Positions 12,246-25,622 of a stretch of DNA of 64,000 nucleotides are shown here, piece by piece. The position numbers were made by a program, and so were the translations under genes. The stretch is from NCBI RefSeq assembly GCF_018977255.1, contig NW_024704743.1:114454001-114518000 (forward strand). The letters run 5' to 3'. This DNA comes from Callorhinchus milii. Taxonomy: Eukaryota. The stretch's first letter is position 1; every line of letters begins with the position of its first letter. The notes under the pieces are model-generated. The model saw only the letters and a program-made list of their open reading frames with translations. It was not told the DNA's origin and did not search any database.

Positions 12246-12819
12246 CCTGAAATGTGCTTGGCTGTTTCTGTTATTGCCTGCTGAGTTCTGGTACAGATTG
12301 TGCAGGATTTTCTGTAACCTGTGCAAGCAACCATCACGTTACACCTGTCCTCATTACAGCCTCGGCCTGCTGGATCTTGTTGTCTGCCACCCAATAAAAA
12401 TTCAGGTACTGGAGGCAGATGTACTTTCAACTACAAGATATGTTAAATTCTCAAAAGTGTTGCCAAGAGTTTTTAATACGTTCACTATAAAAGTCCCAGA
12501 TAGAAAATCCTCACATGCTTTTCAAGTATTTTTCTCCCCACACATATTAAAAGGAAACCTTTTCCTTTTGAAGAATCTCACTTTACCAGGCTGATAACAT
12601 AATAATAATAATCATAATTATCCTTGCATTTGATATAGTGCCTTACCATGTCATTGAGACGTCTCAAAGTGCTTCACGGGAAATTCTGTACAGTGGATTG
12701 ACTGTGTGTTTTGTGAGCGAAATACAGTACAATGCACATTTCTATACTGTCTTTCACATCGAGAGGACATCTCAAAAGTGCTTGTTGTAAGATGTCTAAC
12801 CAGACATTATGAATTAGCT

Positions 12820-13034
12820 CAAACAAAAACAGAGAGAGCTGGGAAGACTTAGCACGTCAGGCAGCATCTATGGAGAAAGGAAAGTGAGTCAACGTTTCAG
12901 GTCCACGACCCATCATCAGAACCGAAACGTTGACTCACTTTCCTTTCTCCATAGATGCTGCCTGACCTGCTGACTTTTCCCAGCTCTCTCTGTTTTTGTT
13001 TCAGATTCCAGCATCTGCAGTATTTTGTGTTTTG
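12820..13034. mobile_element. Fold-back (inverted-repeat) non-autonomous element with hammerhead ribozyme motif, Penelope-like
   Basis: ~78-bp inverted arms (12821-12898 vs 12924-13001). Exact 14-bp direct repeat attatgaattagct at 12806-12819 and 13035-13048. Confidence 0.8.
12886..12923 (-). ncRNA. Minimal type-I hammerhead ribozyme motif
   Basis: Minus strand reads GGUU-CUGAUGA-U-GGGUC-GUG-GACCU-GAAAC-GUU-GACU. Confidence 0.6.
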
Positions 13035-13463
13035 ATTATGAATTAGCTATTCATCCATTGCCGTTACCTTTAGGCTACGGGGCTCCACGTAACAGCAACC
13101 GGTGAATAAACAATCAGTTTGAGTGTTCAATCTCCTGAATGATTTTCACCTTCTGAATTTGGAATCTAAACACAATTCAAAATTACACTTGTGAAGCGCC
13201 TTTCACATCGAGAGGACATCCAAGGCGCTGAACAGTCAGGATCATTATGACCCGAGCGGGGGTCCTAATGATCTTGACTCTAAATGTTGGGTCAGTATGT
13301 AAGCCAGAAGCAGCTTCCAGCCTGAAAATATGAATTATATTGTTTCTTTCTTCAAGTTCCAGTTCAGAACTGCGTTTGTAATTAAGGGCCCTAAATTTGC
13401 AGCATCTCAAAAACTTTGAGAATTCTAACTGGATTCCTTATTAAACAGGAACCGGAGGATGGT

Positions 13464-13787
13464 GGAGTCCTGTAGCTCAGTGGTTAGAGCACTCGCTTTG
13501 CAAGTGAGAGACCTGAGTTCAATTCCAGGCAGAGGGCGAAACCTTGGGCAAGTTTCCTTACTCCACATAGAGCCTAATAATAATCCCTCCAAAACCAAAA
13601 ACAATAATTAAATTGGTCATTTTCAATCTACGACTGTTTGTGGGACATTGCTGTGCGCAATTGGCTGCCGCGTTCGCCCACAAATATACAGTCAATTCAC
13701 TTTACAGTGTGTTCTGTGAAGCGCTTTGGGACGTCCTCCCGACGTGAAAAGCGCTATATCAAATGCAAGGATTATTATTATTATTAT
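13464..13787 (+). mobile_element. Young tRNA-Ala-derived Deu-domain SINE, short subfamily
   Basis: A box tagctcagtgg, anticodon arm ctcgc-tttgcaa-gtgag, B box gttcaattcc, core gggacattgctgtgcgcaattggctgccgcg, L2-like tail, (att)n. Confidence 0.92.
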
Positions 13788-15494
13788 CAAGCCTGTTCCT
13801 CCAGTTTATTAGACTTTGGCAGATCTTCTAATCCAACGCCCTGCTGTTTCCCGAAACCGCTGATAACTCTATCTGCCAAATATCTGAATCTTTTTTTAAA
13901 CATCCTAAATTGACCCAAGGGATCTATGTTCTCAAAGTAGATTGGAATGAAGCAGAGTTCCATTGAGTCAGGGTGATATACTTCTGGCAAGTGAAAATCT
14001 GTGCATGACTCAGATTTCTTAATAAGGACTCCCGTTAAGAAATACCATAAATGAAGACTCCAATATCTCAATTGCACGGTGTAGCGCTTCTGCAGGAAGA
14101 GAATTAGAAGCCATGATTGCATTTAAACAATTAATTTGGTTTTTGAAGAATATTTCAGTGACAGGCAGGAAGAAGTCATTACACTTCTCCTGAAATAAAT
14201 TGCAACAATTTTTATCTGGGCAATTACCTTAGAAAGTTAGCTCCAGGGTATTGAGAAATGGCAGGTAAATCAGACTTGAATTGATCTGAGAGCCAGCACA
14301 GACACCGTGGACTGAATGGCTCTAAATTTCTCAACATAACACATCAAATTCCTACCCACTCAGTAGTTTCCTTACATGTGTGAGCAACTTTATGAAGGGG
14401 ATAAAGATTGTAATTGTCTTCTCAATTATGGTTTGGGTAAATTTATTGGAAACCCATGGAAAGAGCTGACAATATGTTTGATTCTTCACATTTGCAATTA
14501 CATTTTATGAGAGCTGGGAGTGGAAATTTAATCATGGCTAATTAAACTTGGGAGATTTTATCTTCTGCTAAGTTATGACAGCAAAACAATCCATTTCAAT
14601 GCACTCAAGTCCTTGGGGAAATTGTAGCAGTATTAGAGTTATTAAAATAAAAACCATATAAGACTTGATATCTTTTTTCCAGAATACATAGATTAGCATA
14701 TCTGAGTATTTTGTTGTGTTTATCATTAAAATCAAGCTCATCTTTACAAGAGTGTTTGCATGATATTGATAGGCACATGCTGACAACAACAAATTACATT
14801 TATTTACAAAGATTTACAAAAACGTACAGCATGGAAACAGGCCATTTGGCCCGACCAGTCTGTGCTGGTGTTTATACTCTACATAAATCTCCACCCACTC
14901 TTTACTCACTCCTAATACCTCTCTCCCTCGTGTGAGAGTCCAGTTTACTCTTGAATGCATCTATATCATTTGAATACATTTATATAGCGCCATCGCGCAA
15001 GGAGTGCTTAACAGTGTCATAGCCTGACAGCAGAGCTTGGGAAGAATGGGATGGTGGGGGGGAGGCTTAGGCTTATGATGTGGATCACATGGGCAGATTA
15101 TTCTGAGGCAATGCTGGGAGTGGGCGAGTCCAGTTGAAGGGGTTTGAAAAGTCACCACAAACTGCTCACATGCACCTCTGAATGGCATGTTACAGAAATA
15201 CACAGGTAGAGCAGTGATAGCCCATCATTAGAGAATAGGGAGGCTAGGCACAGATACCAATCCCTTCTATCCTGATACTTCATAGAATGGGACACCTGTA
15301 TGTGCACATGGGATGCAAGTCAACCGAACAACTTGTTTACTGTAAGCCTTTGTAACTTTACATGCATGCCTGACTATTTCTGTACAGTGTAGGGTTATAA
15401 TAATAGATAATAATAGTCCTTACATTTGATATAACCACTTCTGTCCTGACAGAATGTCTGTCAGACATCAATTTCTGGCTGAGAGCTAACTTTC

Positions 15495-16350
15495 TACAGT
15501 TGAATGTCAACTAGACCAAGGCCGTCTTAATTGGTTCCTGTCAATGCCTCTACAGCTCAGGTACTGGCAGCATCACCATCCAGGGATGCACACTCCACCT
15601 CACCAAGCCAGTCCGCAACCTTGGCATCTTCTTTGACCCTCAACTATCCTTTCTACTCTGCATCTGTGCCATGATCCGCTCTGGCTTCCCCCACCTCCTC
15701 AACATTGCCTGGTTCCTCCACTGCTCATCCCTCAGGCCGCCAAAACCCTCATCCACACATCCATCATATCTAGGCTCAACTATGTCAACTCCCTGCTTGT
15801 CGGCCTTCCCAAATCTTCACTCCACAAACTGCAGATCATCCAGAACTCTGCAGTTTGTGACCTCTCCTGCACCAGGCTTCATGAACCCATCACCCCCTCC
15901 CTCGTCCGGCTTCACTGACTCCCCATCCCCCAGAGGATAGAGTTCAAAATCCTTATCCTAGCCTTCAAGGCCCTCCATGGCCTTACCCCTTCCTGCCTCT
16001 GCGACTTGGTAACCCATATCAACCTATCTGCTCCCTCTATTCAGCAGGCTCCGGCCTGCTCCACGTCCCCTGCCCGGCCCACCATCGGTAGCCAGGCCTT
16101 CAGCCTTTCTGCCTCTACCCTATGGAACTCCATCCCACATTCTCCTCGCTCCCTCCCTTGCCTTCTTCAAGGCGAGTCTCAAAACCCTCCTCTTTGACCA
16201 AACCTTCAGCCACCCTCCAACCCTCCCTGCCCTCCACCCTCTCCAATCTCAACCCCCGGCTCTGGTTCAAATCCCTGACTGTCCAGTGCTTTAGAACATC
16301 CTCCCGACGTGAAAGGCTCTATACAAATGTAATTTTGTATTGTATTGTAT
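15495..16350 (+). mobile_element. Degenerate L2 LINE 3' fragment
   Basis: Colinear similarity to 9460-10270; ends ...cccgacgtgaaaggctctatacaaatgtaattttgtattgtattgt. Confidence 0.88.
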
Positions 16351-16889
16351 CTTTTCTTTGGGAGATCTCTCAAGGTGCTTCACAGCATATACCATGTTTT
16401 TGTGAGCGAATTTGTTAGTTCAAGAAAGACATGGAATACACACAGATATGTCATAGAGAGAAAGAGTGACAATTTTAGAGTCAGAAAGTGAGAGGGAGAG
16501 AAGCACAGCAGTTAGCCCCAAAATGGGTTGGAATTTGTGTGCAATAACTATGAGAAACAGAGGCTGTTTCTGTTTTGCTCTGGTTCTATGGCCTATCACT
16601 GTCAGTAAAGAGCTTAGGCCTTAAAGGAGCTGGAATAACCAATAGAATGCAGCCATAATGGTCCTTGTCTTTTGATAATTGTAGACTTGACAACAACAAA
16701 TTGCATTTATATAAAATTTGGAAAAAATAAAGAGATTGGAATTATCTCTTGGAAAGAGCTAAAACATTGGACATCTTTTGATAAATGTAACGGATGGTGA
16801 AGTGCAACCTAACGTGAGGAGGACTATATAAATGCAAGTTGTTTTTATTGTTGCAAATGATAATGGTGCTTTTGCAGCTGAGCCTGAAG

Positions 16890-17552
16890 TATTACTTGAA
16901 TAGCCACCAGGGGGACCCAGCTAACTGCTGAAATAAAACCTTTCAATGTGAAGCTTGGTGGAACATGACAAGTCCTGTCTGGAAACTGCTGTTTATCTTG
17001 CTATTCCAGCTGCGAATTCTGACTCTATTAAGTATGTGTGTTATGAGATATGTCCAATGTTGTAAGCATACCAGAGTTGCACAGTACTTTTTGTGCTTCT
17101 CAAACCAGATATACAAAGCCTAATCTGAAAGGTCAATTGCTTGAGGTCAGCCTTAATTCAACCACAAAGTGATAATCCTGTATCACTGAGCACTGTAAAA
17201 TCGCAACTAAAGATTCAAAGGCCAGAATTCACTTCCATCGACTGAGAATGGTGAGGAATTCTATCCTTAGGGTCCATAGGCATTATATCATCTAAAGTCT
17301 ATGTCTATCCAATAACTTTAACGCCCAATTTATACTGTTAGAAGCAAAATGATATTGTTACCTTGAACTAGAAAAGCCACTGGGGGGAACCAGCTCACTG
17401 TTGAACTAAGACATATCAATGCGAAGTTTGGCGGCTATGAGAAGTCCTGTCTGGAAACTGCTGTTTATCTTGCTATTACACTTGCCGGACTCTCTTAAGT
17501 ATGTGTGTTGTGATATATGTCCAATGTTGCAAGCATGCTAGTACACAGTACT
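16890..17552 (+). repeat. Diverged direct duplication of a ~190-bp block (16890-17088 and 17370-17552)
   Basis: Shared identical core aagtcctgtctggaaactgctgtttatcttgctatt and colinear flanks. Confidence 0.85.
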
Positions 17553-18974
17553 GCAGGGAATAAGGATGTCAGGAGTGAGAATGTATGCTGCCTGCTCTTA
17601 GTCGCAATGGCCAGGTTTAAGGATAGTTCTTCACATATGGAATTGAGCACATGCGACGCTCCAATGTCGAGTTCTATGAGGAGCCGATCACTTGATTAGT
17701 TCTGCAATCATATTTTAAAAAGGTCCATTTGAAAATGGACAGCACAAAAACTTTTATTGGACAATTTTCTAATGTTAAATAATAATAATATAATCCTTAC
17801 ACTTAATATTACGCTGTTGAGACGTCTCAAGACACTTCACAGAATATATTGTAAAGTGGATTGACTGTATTTTGTGGACAATTTCGCACAGCAGTGTCCC
17901 ATAAACAGTTGTACATTGAGTGACCATGTTCTTTTGGGGAAGTGGGGACGTGATAAGGTATTATATCAAACGCAAGGATTATTATGATTATAAATTATTG
18001 TTTTGATCAGGTGAAATTTCCTTATGCTCATTAGTCAGTACCAAATGACTTTGCAGAACTACAATTAAAGCTCAATTAAATTGAGCTGAGCTGCAGAATT
18101 TCTATTTATGCACAACATAACAGCGGTGCAGCTGATATTACTCCATATAATAATAATCCTTGCATTTAATATAGCACCTTATCACATCGTTGAGACGTCT
18201 CAATGCGCTTCACAGAATAAAATGATACGAGAATATGTCAGTCTGCTGAAGATTTAAATTGTTGAGAAGAAAGAAGTGAACTTATCACAGCTATAGCTTG
18301 TCTTGAGAATTGTTGATGTATGGTCCTACATTGTCATGATCAGAGTCAGCTCAATGATGCACAGGTCTGGCCCCAGTTTGATTAAAATGTTAATCAGATG
18401 GCTAGGGAATTGCAGACTTGCATGGATCATCCTAATGTTAAAAAGGACCATGATAAATGAGGTACTACAGTTTGTTCAGCCTGAATTGGTGAGAGTGAAT
18501 ACATTTTTTGCTCCTCCAGGAAGGAAGAACTCCCACTCAGGTTCTGTGACTAGAGACACTTGACCATTCAAGATTGCAACAAAGAAAAGAACAGACTCTG
18601 AAGATACAAGAACACAGCTGCAAAACAATTTCAAGAGATTCAACTCCTACTAGTATCAGCATTCCCAAACGAGAGAAGCTCAACTACTGAGCGTTGATAT
18701 TGTCACTACAGTGAGCATAACAGCACCAAATTGTCTATTGTGACCCTGCTTATTGTGCCCCTGCTTATTGAATCAATGCAAAATAATATGTATTTCTGCC
18801 TTATTAATTCAGTGTCTTTCTGCCTTATGAAGTGAATTATTAAGTAATTACTCATAAAATACAAGTGTCTTTGATTCTTCTGTTCTCAGGTTCACAACTT
18901 TATATTTTGGCTAAACAGAATAAAGTGGTCTTTTCTGATTGCACCTTTTGTCCCAGATGTTACTACAATAGAGT

Positions 18975-19029
18975 CCTCCCGACGTGAAAGGCGCTCTATA
19001 AATGGAATCTTGTTGTTGTTGTTGTTGGT
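18975..19029 (+). mobile_element. Tail-only L2 insertion
   Basis: cctcccgacgtgaaaggcgctctataaatggaatct(tgt)n with 7-bp TSD atagagt (18968-18974 and 19030-19036). Confidence 0.8.
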
Positions 19030-19081
19030 ATAGAGTGGTTAGTTCCACTGATGGCCGCACCTTCGAACCCAACAGTGGATA

Positions 19082-19362
19082 TAATAATAATATTAATAAT
19101 AATAATAATTGCATTTGATATAGTGCCTTACCACGTCTTCAAGATGTCTCAAAACACTTCTTTTATTTGAAGAAATTAATCCCCCCAGAAAAGTGATCCG
19201 CCAGTTGATTAACAACTAAAGATCCATGGTTCCTACTTACTGCTAGGTAAACAGAAGCATGTGGAATAAGGAAACTTGCCCAAGGTTTCGCCCTGTCTAG
19301 AAATCAAATCCAGGTCTCTCGCTTTTGAGGCGAGTGCTCTAACCACTGAGGTGCAGGATTCC
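19082..19362 (-). mobile_element. tRNA-Ala SINE, long subfamily, Deu core deleted
   Basis: Head, extra block and tail present; core absent. Confidence 0.78.
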
Positions 19363-21040
19363 ACCAGTCTGCAGGTTACTCATTGGAATCTAATGGTTTG
19401 AATCCTGGTCCGTGCTGAGTTTACTGGTCTCAAATCCAACAACCAGTGTTCTTCAACCCACCAACCCACCAATTTCAATATTATTATCATTTAATTAAGA
19501 TGCAGGGTTCACAAATAATTTAGAATTACCGTATATAGCATAGATGTATTTAAGGAAATCTAGATTTTGTGCTGCAAGCTTTTGGGGGGGACACAAGGTT
19601 AGAAATTCCCAATGATTTTAGATCGCCATCGTTCTCTGTTAATGAGCTAGCAATGTTATATCTGCTACAGGCCAAAACCCAGATGATGATTTATCAAGCG
19701 AAAATTTGTGGATATCGATTTCTTTGTTACACATGATAGTGTGCTGCATACAGATATTAACAATAATAATATCCTTGCATTTGATACAGCACCTTATGAC
19801 GCAGGAATGTCTAAAAGCCCATCACAAGATTATTTTTACTGTGAAGTGTAGCGACTGTTTTTGTGGATGAATGCGGCAACCATAGCAATATCCCACAAAC
19901 AATCATTAGTCTTCATTTTCATTGCAGAAAACAGTGAATGATGAGCTTTTTATTTACATTTTAATGATGAAACTATGCTTTCTGCACTGTATTTCTAAGC
20001 AACAAGCTAGTTGAAATCCTCGTATGTTTAAAATGGCAAACGGCAGGCTTATTTGAATGCTCATTAATCATAAATACTCCAAAAATAGTACTGTGAAAAA
20101 TAGCAGAGGTGCAAAGAAAATGCAAGGAGAGAATCAAAGGCTACAATGAGGCAAGCAGAAGCTCACTTCATCAGTGGAGCTTTAAATAACACAGTGAACC
20201 TTCAAAGAACAGCAACGAGGAGGGCACTGGATTGTCTCTATGCTGGAGTCATAAATGTCATATTCAGAACCTGGTCGCTAATTGAGATTTGTGGTTTGTG
20301 AATATCAAATTGCAAGATTTGCACACGATTTACAAAAAAAGCGCATCGTGAAGCAGAACCCACCAAATTCAGAAAATTGGCAGATGAGCAAAATGCCCCC
20401 AGGAAATGCGAAAGATCTTTGAGATGTTTTAACACAACAAGGCACCATAAAAATGCAAATTAGGTAAGCAGAGTGAGTCCTGGGGAGAGAGTGCAAGCTC
20501 CATTCCAGACAAAGGGAAATTTCCATGTGTAGATGGCATACGTGGAACTATCAGTTTGGTAAAGCAGTCTGGGATGCTACCCTACCTGAGGGACGCTGTG
20601 TAAATGCAAGTTGTTGTTATACATGGTGATGGATTTCCGCATGTGTTGGATACCCAGCCAAACAAAAAAAACCTAAGGATCTTGTATTGTTATCCTAATC
20701 TCCTTGGTAAACAAGCAGAGCTGGTTCTGTGTCTATAACTCTCAATCCTCTTTCTCGACAGGTATTGATCCATCTACTCAAATGAACTAAAGAAGCTCCA
20801 AACATTTATTGCTTTTTTTATTCATTGTCTGTGTCTCTGTGTCTCTCTCTATCTGTGTGTGTGTATGTGTGTGTCTTGTCTGTCTCTCTGTGTCTCTTAT
20901 CTGTGTGTGTATTTTTTTTCTCTAGCCCCTATTGATCTATGTTTTACTTTCATAGACTTCAGTGTTCTATAGGTTTGTATAAAGTCGAGATATTAAATGT
21001 GGATTAACAAACCTAGAAACATTAGCAGTGGGTTCAAAGT

Positions 21041-21258
21041 GGAGTCCTGTAGCTTAGTGGTTAGAGCACTCACCTGGCAAGTGAGACACCTGGGATCAAT
21101 TCCAGGCAGGGCGAAACCTTGGGCAAGTTTCCTTACTCCACACGCCTAATAATAATCCCTCCAAAAAAAACAATAATAAATTGGTCATTTTCAATCCACG
21201 ACTGTTTGTGGGGCACTGCTGTGCGCAATTGGCTGCCGCAATTGCTGTTTCGCCCATA
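21041..21258 (+). mobile_element. Young SINE, short subfamily, 3'-truncated
   Basis: Head and core present, no tail. Confidence 0.85.
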
Positions 21259-21414
21259 TCTTAACACATAGAGAAGAACTGTTCTGTTCTGCTCTGTTGC
21301 TTGAGGATGCCAGAATCGGGAACCAGGGGAAGGAAGCAAACCTAGAGAAGCAGTTCAAGTATCTTAACCTCATGCTGTCAATATATCTTTCTGCTGGAAA
21401 ATAGCACATGGATT

Positions 21415-21690
21415 AATAATAATCCTTGCATTTGATATAGCACCTTATCACGTCTTCCAGATGTCTCAAAGTGCTTCACAGAATATGCTGCAAAATGAAT
21501 TCATTGTATATTTTGTGAACGAAACGCGGCAGCCAATTGCACACAGCAGTGTCTCACAAACAGTCTTGGATCAAGTGACCAATTATTACCCCCGGAAAAT
21601 CAATTAACGACCGGGTTCCTAATTATTGCTAGGTAAACAGAGGCTTGTGGAATAAGGAAACTTACCCAACCGGGAATCAAACCCAGGTCT
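21415..21690 (-). mobile_element. tRNA-Ala SINE, long subfamily (partial)
   Basis: Contains ccgggttcctaattattgctaggtaaacagaggc on the + strand. Confidence 0.82.
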
Positions 21691-22334
21691 CAAATTAAAA
21701 ACAAAAGCCTTGTTCTGAGAAAATATAATTATTGTTGGGGTTTTAATACTTCGTTCACTCAACTCCAAAGTCAGCATCTCATAACTTAGAACATTTTATC
21801 CGCTGTAAATCTACAGCAGACAGAAGAGGTGCAACAGCATTGTACGGCATTGGGTAAGATTGTAGTGATTAACCGTCAATAAATTAACACTTACAAGAAA
21901 ATCTCTGACAAGGATAACTGTTAACTCGTATGAATGACATTAATTGTCAGAAAAGCTCAAAAGGATTACATTTGTGTCATGTAATGTTCTAAAATGACTT
22001 CATCATCTCACGCCTGCTGTTAGGTTGTCAAGAGACTGAGATACAAACTCTGTAACTCAGCATAATTTATACATCAGAGCAGCAGCTGCTCTTTGAAAAC
22101 ATTCTCTTTAAAGTGAAGCTCTGCCTGTGCTGTTTGTTGGTTTATTTTTGTTTCTCATTGGAAGTGAAAAAGGGAATTTCGTCAGGGAACAGCAAGCTCA
22201 GAACACTTAACAGGAGATCGCACTAAAGGAGAGAGAGCAAACCTTTTGTAAGATCTCTCAACATTAACTCACTTCACTTGCCGCTCTAAAAACTTTGTTT
22301 CTCTGCTCTACCGACCTGCTCATGAAGTGAATTA

Positions 22335-22675
22335 TATAATAATAATCCTATCATTTGATGTAACACCATATCAGGTCATTGAGATGTCTCAAAGTGCTTC
22401 ACAGAATATACTGTAAAGTGTATTTTGTGGATGAAATAGACAGCCAATTGCGCACAGCAGTATCTCAAAAACAGTCATGCATTGAGTGACCAAATCTTTT
22501 TTGGAGGGATTATTACACCCAGAAAGCAATCTTCTGATCGACTAACAATTGGGTTCCAACTTACTGCTCAGTAAACAAGGGTGTTTGGAGTAAGGAAACT
22601 TACCGAACATTTCGCACCGCCTGAGAATTGAACCCGGGTCCTCTCGCTTGCAAGGCAAGCATGCTACGGGATTCC
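22335..22675 (-). mobile_element. tRNA-Ala SINE, long subfamily
   Basis: Reverse-complement similarity to the 7014 copy. Confidence 0.82.
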
Positions 22676-24359
22676 ATGTTATGGAATTGGATGCCAGGGT
22701 CAGTAAAATGCCAGGCACATATTATAAAGCAGTATTTTGTAAATAAATCTACACCAGAATTCTTATTTCTATTAGCCTTCATTTTTTAGCTGAATAAAAT
22801 TTCTAAGCACTCAAAAATCACCAGACTCTTTGGCTGAAGAAAGAAACACTGCATCAAAACTTCAAATTTAAATTTCAGAATTTTGCGAACAGTCTTATAA
22901 ATTCGGTCTTGGCAGTCAAAGATTCTGATTTTTTTGTAGGGGTATTTACAGTGCTGGGAATAAATAAGATAATCATCTCAGCATTCTGTGGTGTAGATCA
23001 GTGATATTGTAAACATACACACGAAACAAAGCAATATTCTATTTTGGGGACAGTATTTTTTTCTGCTGGATATTGCATTTTAAGCACTCAGATTAACTAG
23101 ATCCATCCTTCAGATGAGACATGACGTCTGCCTGTTCAAGCGGACGTTAAAAATCCCATGGCACTACTCGAAAAGAGAATAGTTTTATCCTGTGTCCTGG
23201 CCAACAATGCCCCAAATAAAATTGATCATTTGAATGGCTGCTAGTGGGACACCAGGGGACCAGTAAATGTGTTCATTACCATAAGATGCCTGTTTTTAAT
23301 GCATCTAATAATTAGCACATTCACCTCTATATCCCAGTCTTTTCCGTATTGATATGTTTTACCTTTCCCTAGCACACTCAAAGGCTTGTGATACGAGTTG
23401 ACCTTAAACTGCCAATTCCTTTGAACTAGTCACTTTGTTCTCATCACCTGATGTGAAAAGATCAAAGTGACCAAGTCAAAGGCTGAGAAAACAGGACCCA
23501 GCATTATTTTTAGATTGGCGGAACCACATCAGAGGATTTGGTTTATTCTCAAATCCAAACTATTTGCTCGACCTTACAGGAAATAAATAAAAAGCCTAAC
23601 ATTACATTCTTAAACCAGAGAACTAAGAATCACTTGATGACAACCCACAGTCTAGAATACTTCCACTTTGTGCTGCAGAGGGATCCCCATCCAAGAAAGG
23701 AGACTGGATGCTATCAGATCCCGTCAATAGTTTTTCCACCAAGTTATTAGAATTGTCTCGAAACACATCTGTTCCAATCAGGTTATTGCACAACTGATCT
23801 CTGTTAAGTTTGAATTGAACATGACTTTAGTCAAAACAAACAAGGAAAATGATTCTGCCTTCACATCTGTTCAAAATAATTTACCTAAGAATAACGCAGA
23901 GGAAAAACAGCAGGAGATGTATGAGACTGTGGATTCTCCATTCCATGATAAACTTCCCTATCTCAGTAGTTCAATGTGCATATTAATCTCCACTTGTCAG
24001 TAAATTCCTCAATATTGGTGATTATAATATATATATCATATCCTATGACATTACACTGCCAGGGTCTTTTATTGATCAGCAGAAAATTAACATAGGCTAT
24101 CTACCAAAGGCAGTAAATGGATGTTGGCTACCTTGGCAAATTACTAGAGGGCGACTGGTGCCTTTGGAGCTACAACCTTGCAAAAAGAAAAAGGACTCAA
24201 ATAGCTCAATATGACATAAGGGCACAAAACTGGAGGAGAAAAGTTATATAATAGGAAATTGCAATGCATCATTTCAAAGTAGTGCCAACCAAATGTACAG
24301 CTAAACATTAATATCATGCAGATACAAAAACTGCAACTTGCCAAATTTCTACTTCTTAG

Positions 24360-24640
24360 CGAGTTCAAAACAAGGGAGCATAATTGTAAAATAGCCAGTC
24401 GTAGATCTAAAAGGGAGTTTCTTTACTCAGAGGGTAAGAGAATGTGGAACTCACTGTTGGCAGCTGTGGCTGATGGAAAAAAAAGCATAATTATATTTTA
24501 CAAGAAATGTGATGCATACACAAGGGAATTGGGAATACTGTGTTATAGGAGAGAGGATTAGGAGGGGTGGACACTTGTACAAAGACCGGCAAGGATTAGT
24601 TGCGTCAAATAGTCTGTTTCTATGTTGTATCATTCTATGT
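24360..24640 (+). mobile_element. Old CR1 3' fragment
   Basis: KTREHNCKI...RMWNSL; degenerate CR1 tail. Confidence 0.65.
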
Positions 24641-25455
24641 AACTTTATGTAATAAAGGCAATTCTCCAATTGTATTAGGTTTGGTAATATATTAGTAATA
24701 TTAATGTATAGTGGGATTTTTCTCCTATAAGCCCCCACAGGCAAAATTAGTAAATTTACTGTTGTGTTCTCTCTCTCCCCCTCTCCTCCCAATATTTTCA
24801 TGTGTTGCAATACGTTTATAATGATCTTGTGTGACAAACTTTTTTAAAAAAACGTTGAGTTTACTTGACAAGGGAATTACCTGTATGTAACATTATTGAG
24901 CACCAGCTCAATGATGCCGTTTTCAGTAAGTACGTTCAGAGATCTATGTGGTAACTTCTACAAGTTGATTTACTGTGTTGTTTTACATCTTTTCTTGCAG
25001 GTTCCAGTACACAATGCATTATATTATATGAGTCATGGCTGCCAGAAACCAACTTCATAAGTAATACATCAAAGGAAAATGAAAGCTCTCGTCTGAGCAA
25101 GAGCTGGTGAACATATAAAACCAGAGAGCATTTTCATGGGAACCATAGAAATCTATTACATTACAAACAAATCAACTATTTCCCAAATGTGCTGTTGAAT
25201 GAGGGAGAGTTGCCTATGTCAATACAAATATTTTAACAATAAATATTTTCCCCATATGCATCTTATTTTGTTGTTTCTCCTTTCTCTAGCATCCCCAGAA
25301 CACACATTGGGGTTGATATTTAAACATATTTCTTTACAGAAGAAATCCAGAAGTTAGTGATGCCTCCTTGTGGGAACATTGTTCCAACTCAATCTATTTC
25401 TGCAACAAGGCTCCCTCCCCTCGGAGTGATGTGTGTTTGATGTTCTTCCACTTAC

Positions 25456-25622
25456 CCAACAATTCCATGGCATCGTCCTCCGCATCTATGTCTTCCTCCA
25501 TCACAGATGGTGTGGCACTGTGCACTGAGTCAAAGGAATCCTGCGATAGCATTGCCGCTAATAGCTTCTTGTGTTGTTGCTGTTGTTGTTTTAATCCTTT
25601 GCTCTTCTGCTCCGTCTTCACA
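25456..25622 (-). CDS. C8orf34: C8orf34 coding exon: (S)[55 protein letters not shown]
   Basis: Overlaps ORF 25394..25621. Acceptor ctcatag, donor gtaagt; 167 nt, phase 2 to 1. Has the [20 protein letters not shown] signature. Confidence 0.93.

Noticed and set aside
18311..18900. Possible second solo LTR (TGT start, LTR-like composition)
   Set aside because: Could not define matching TG...CA termini with a TSD.
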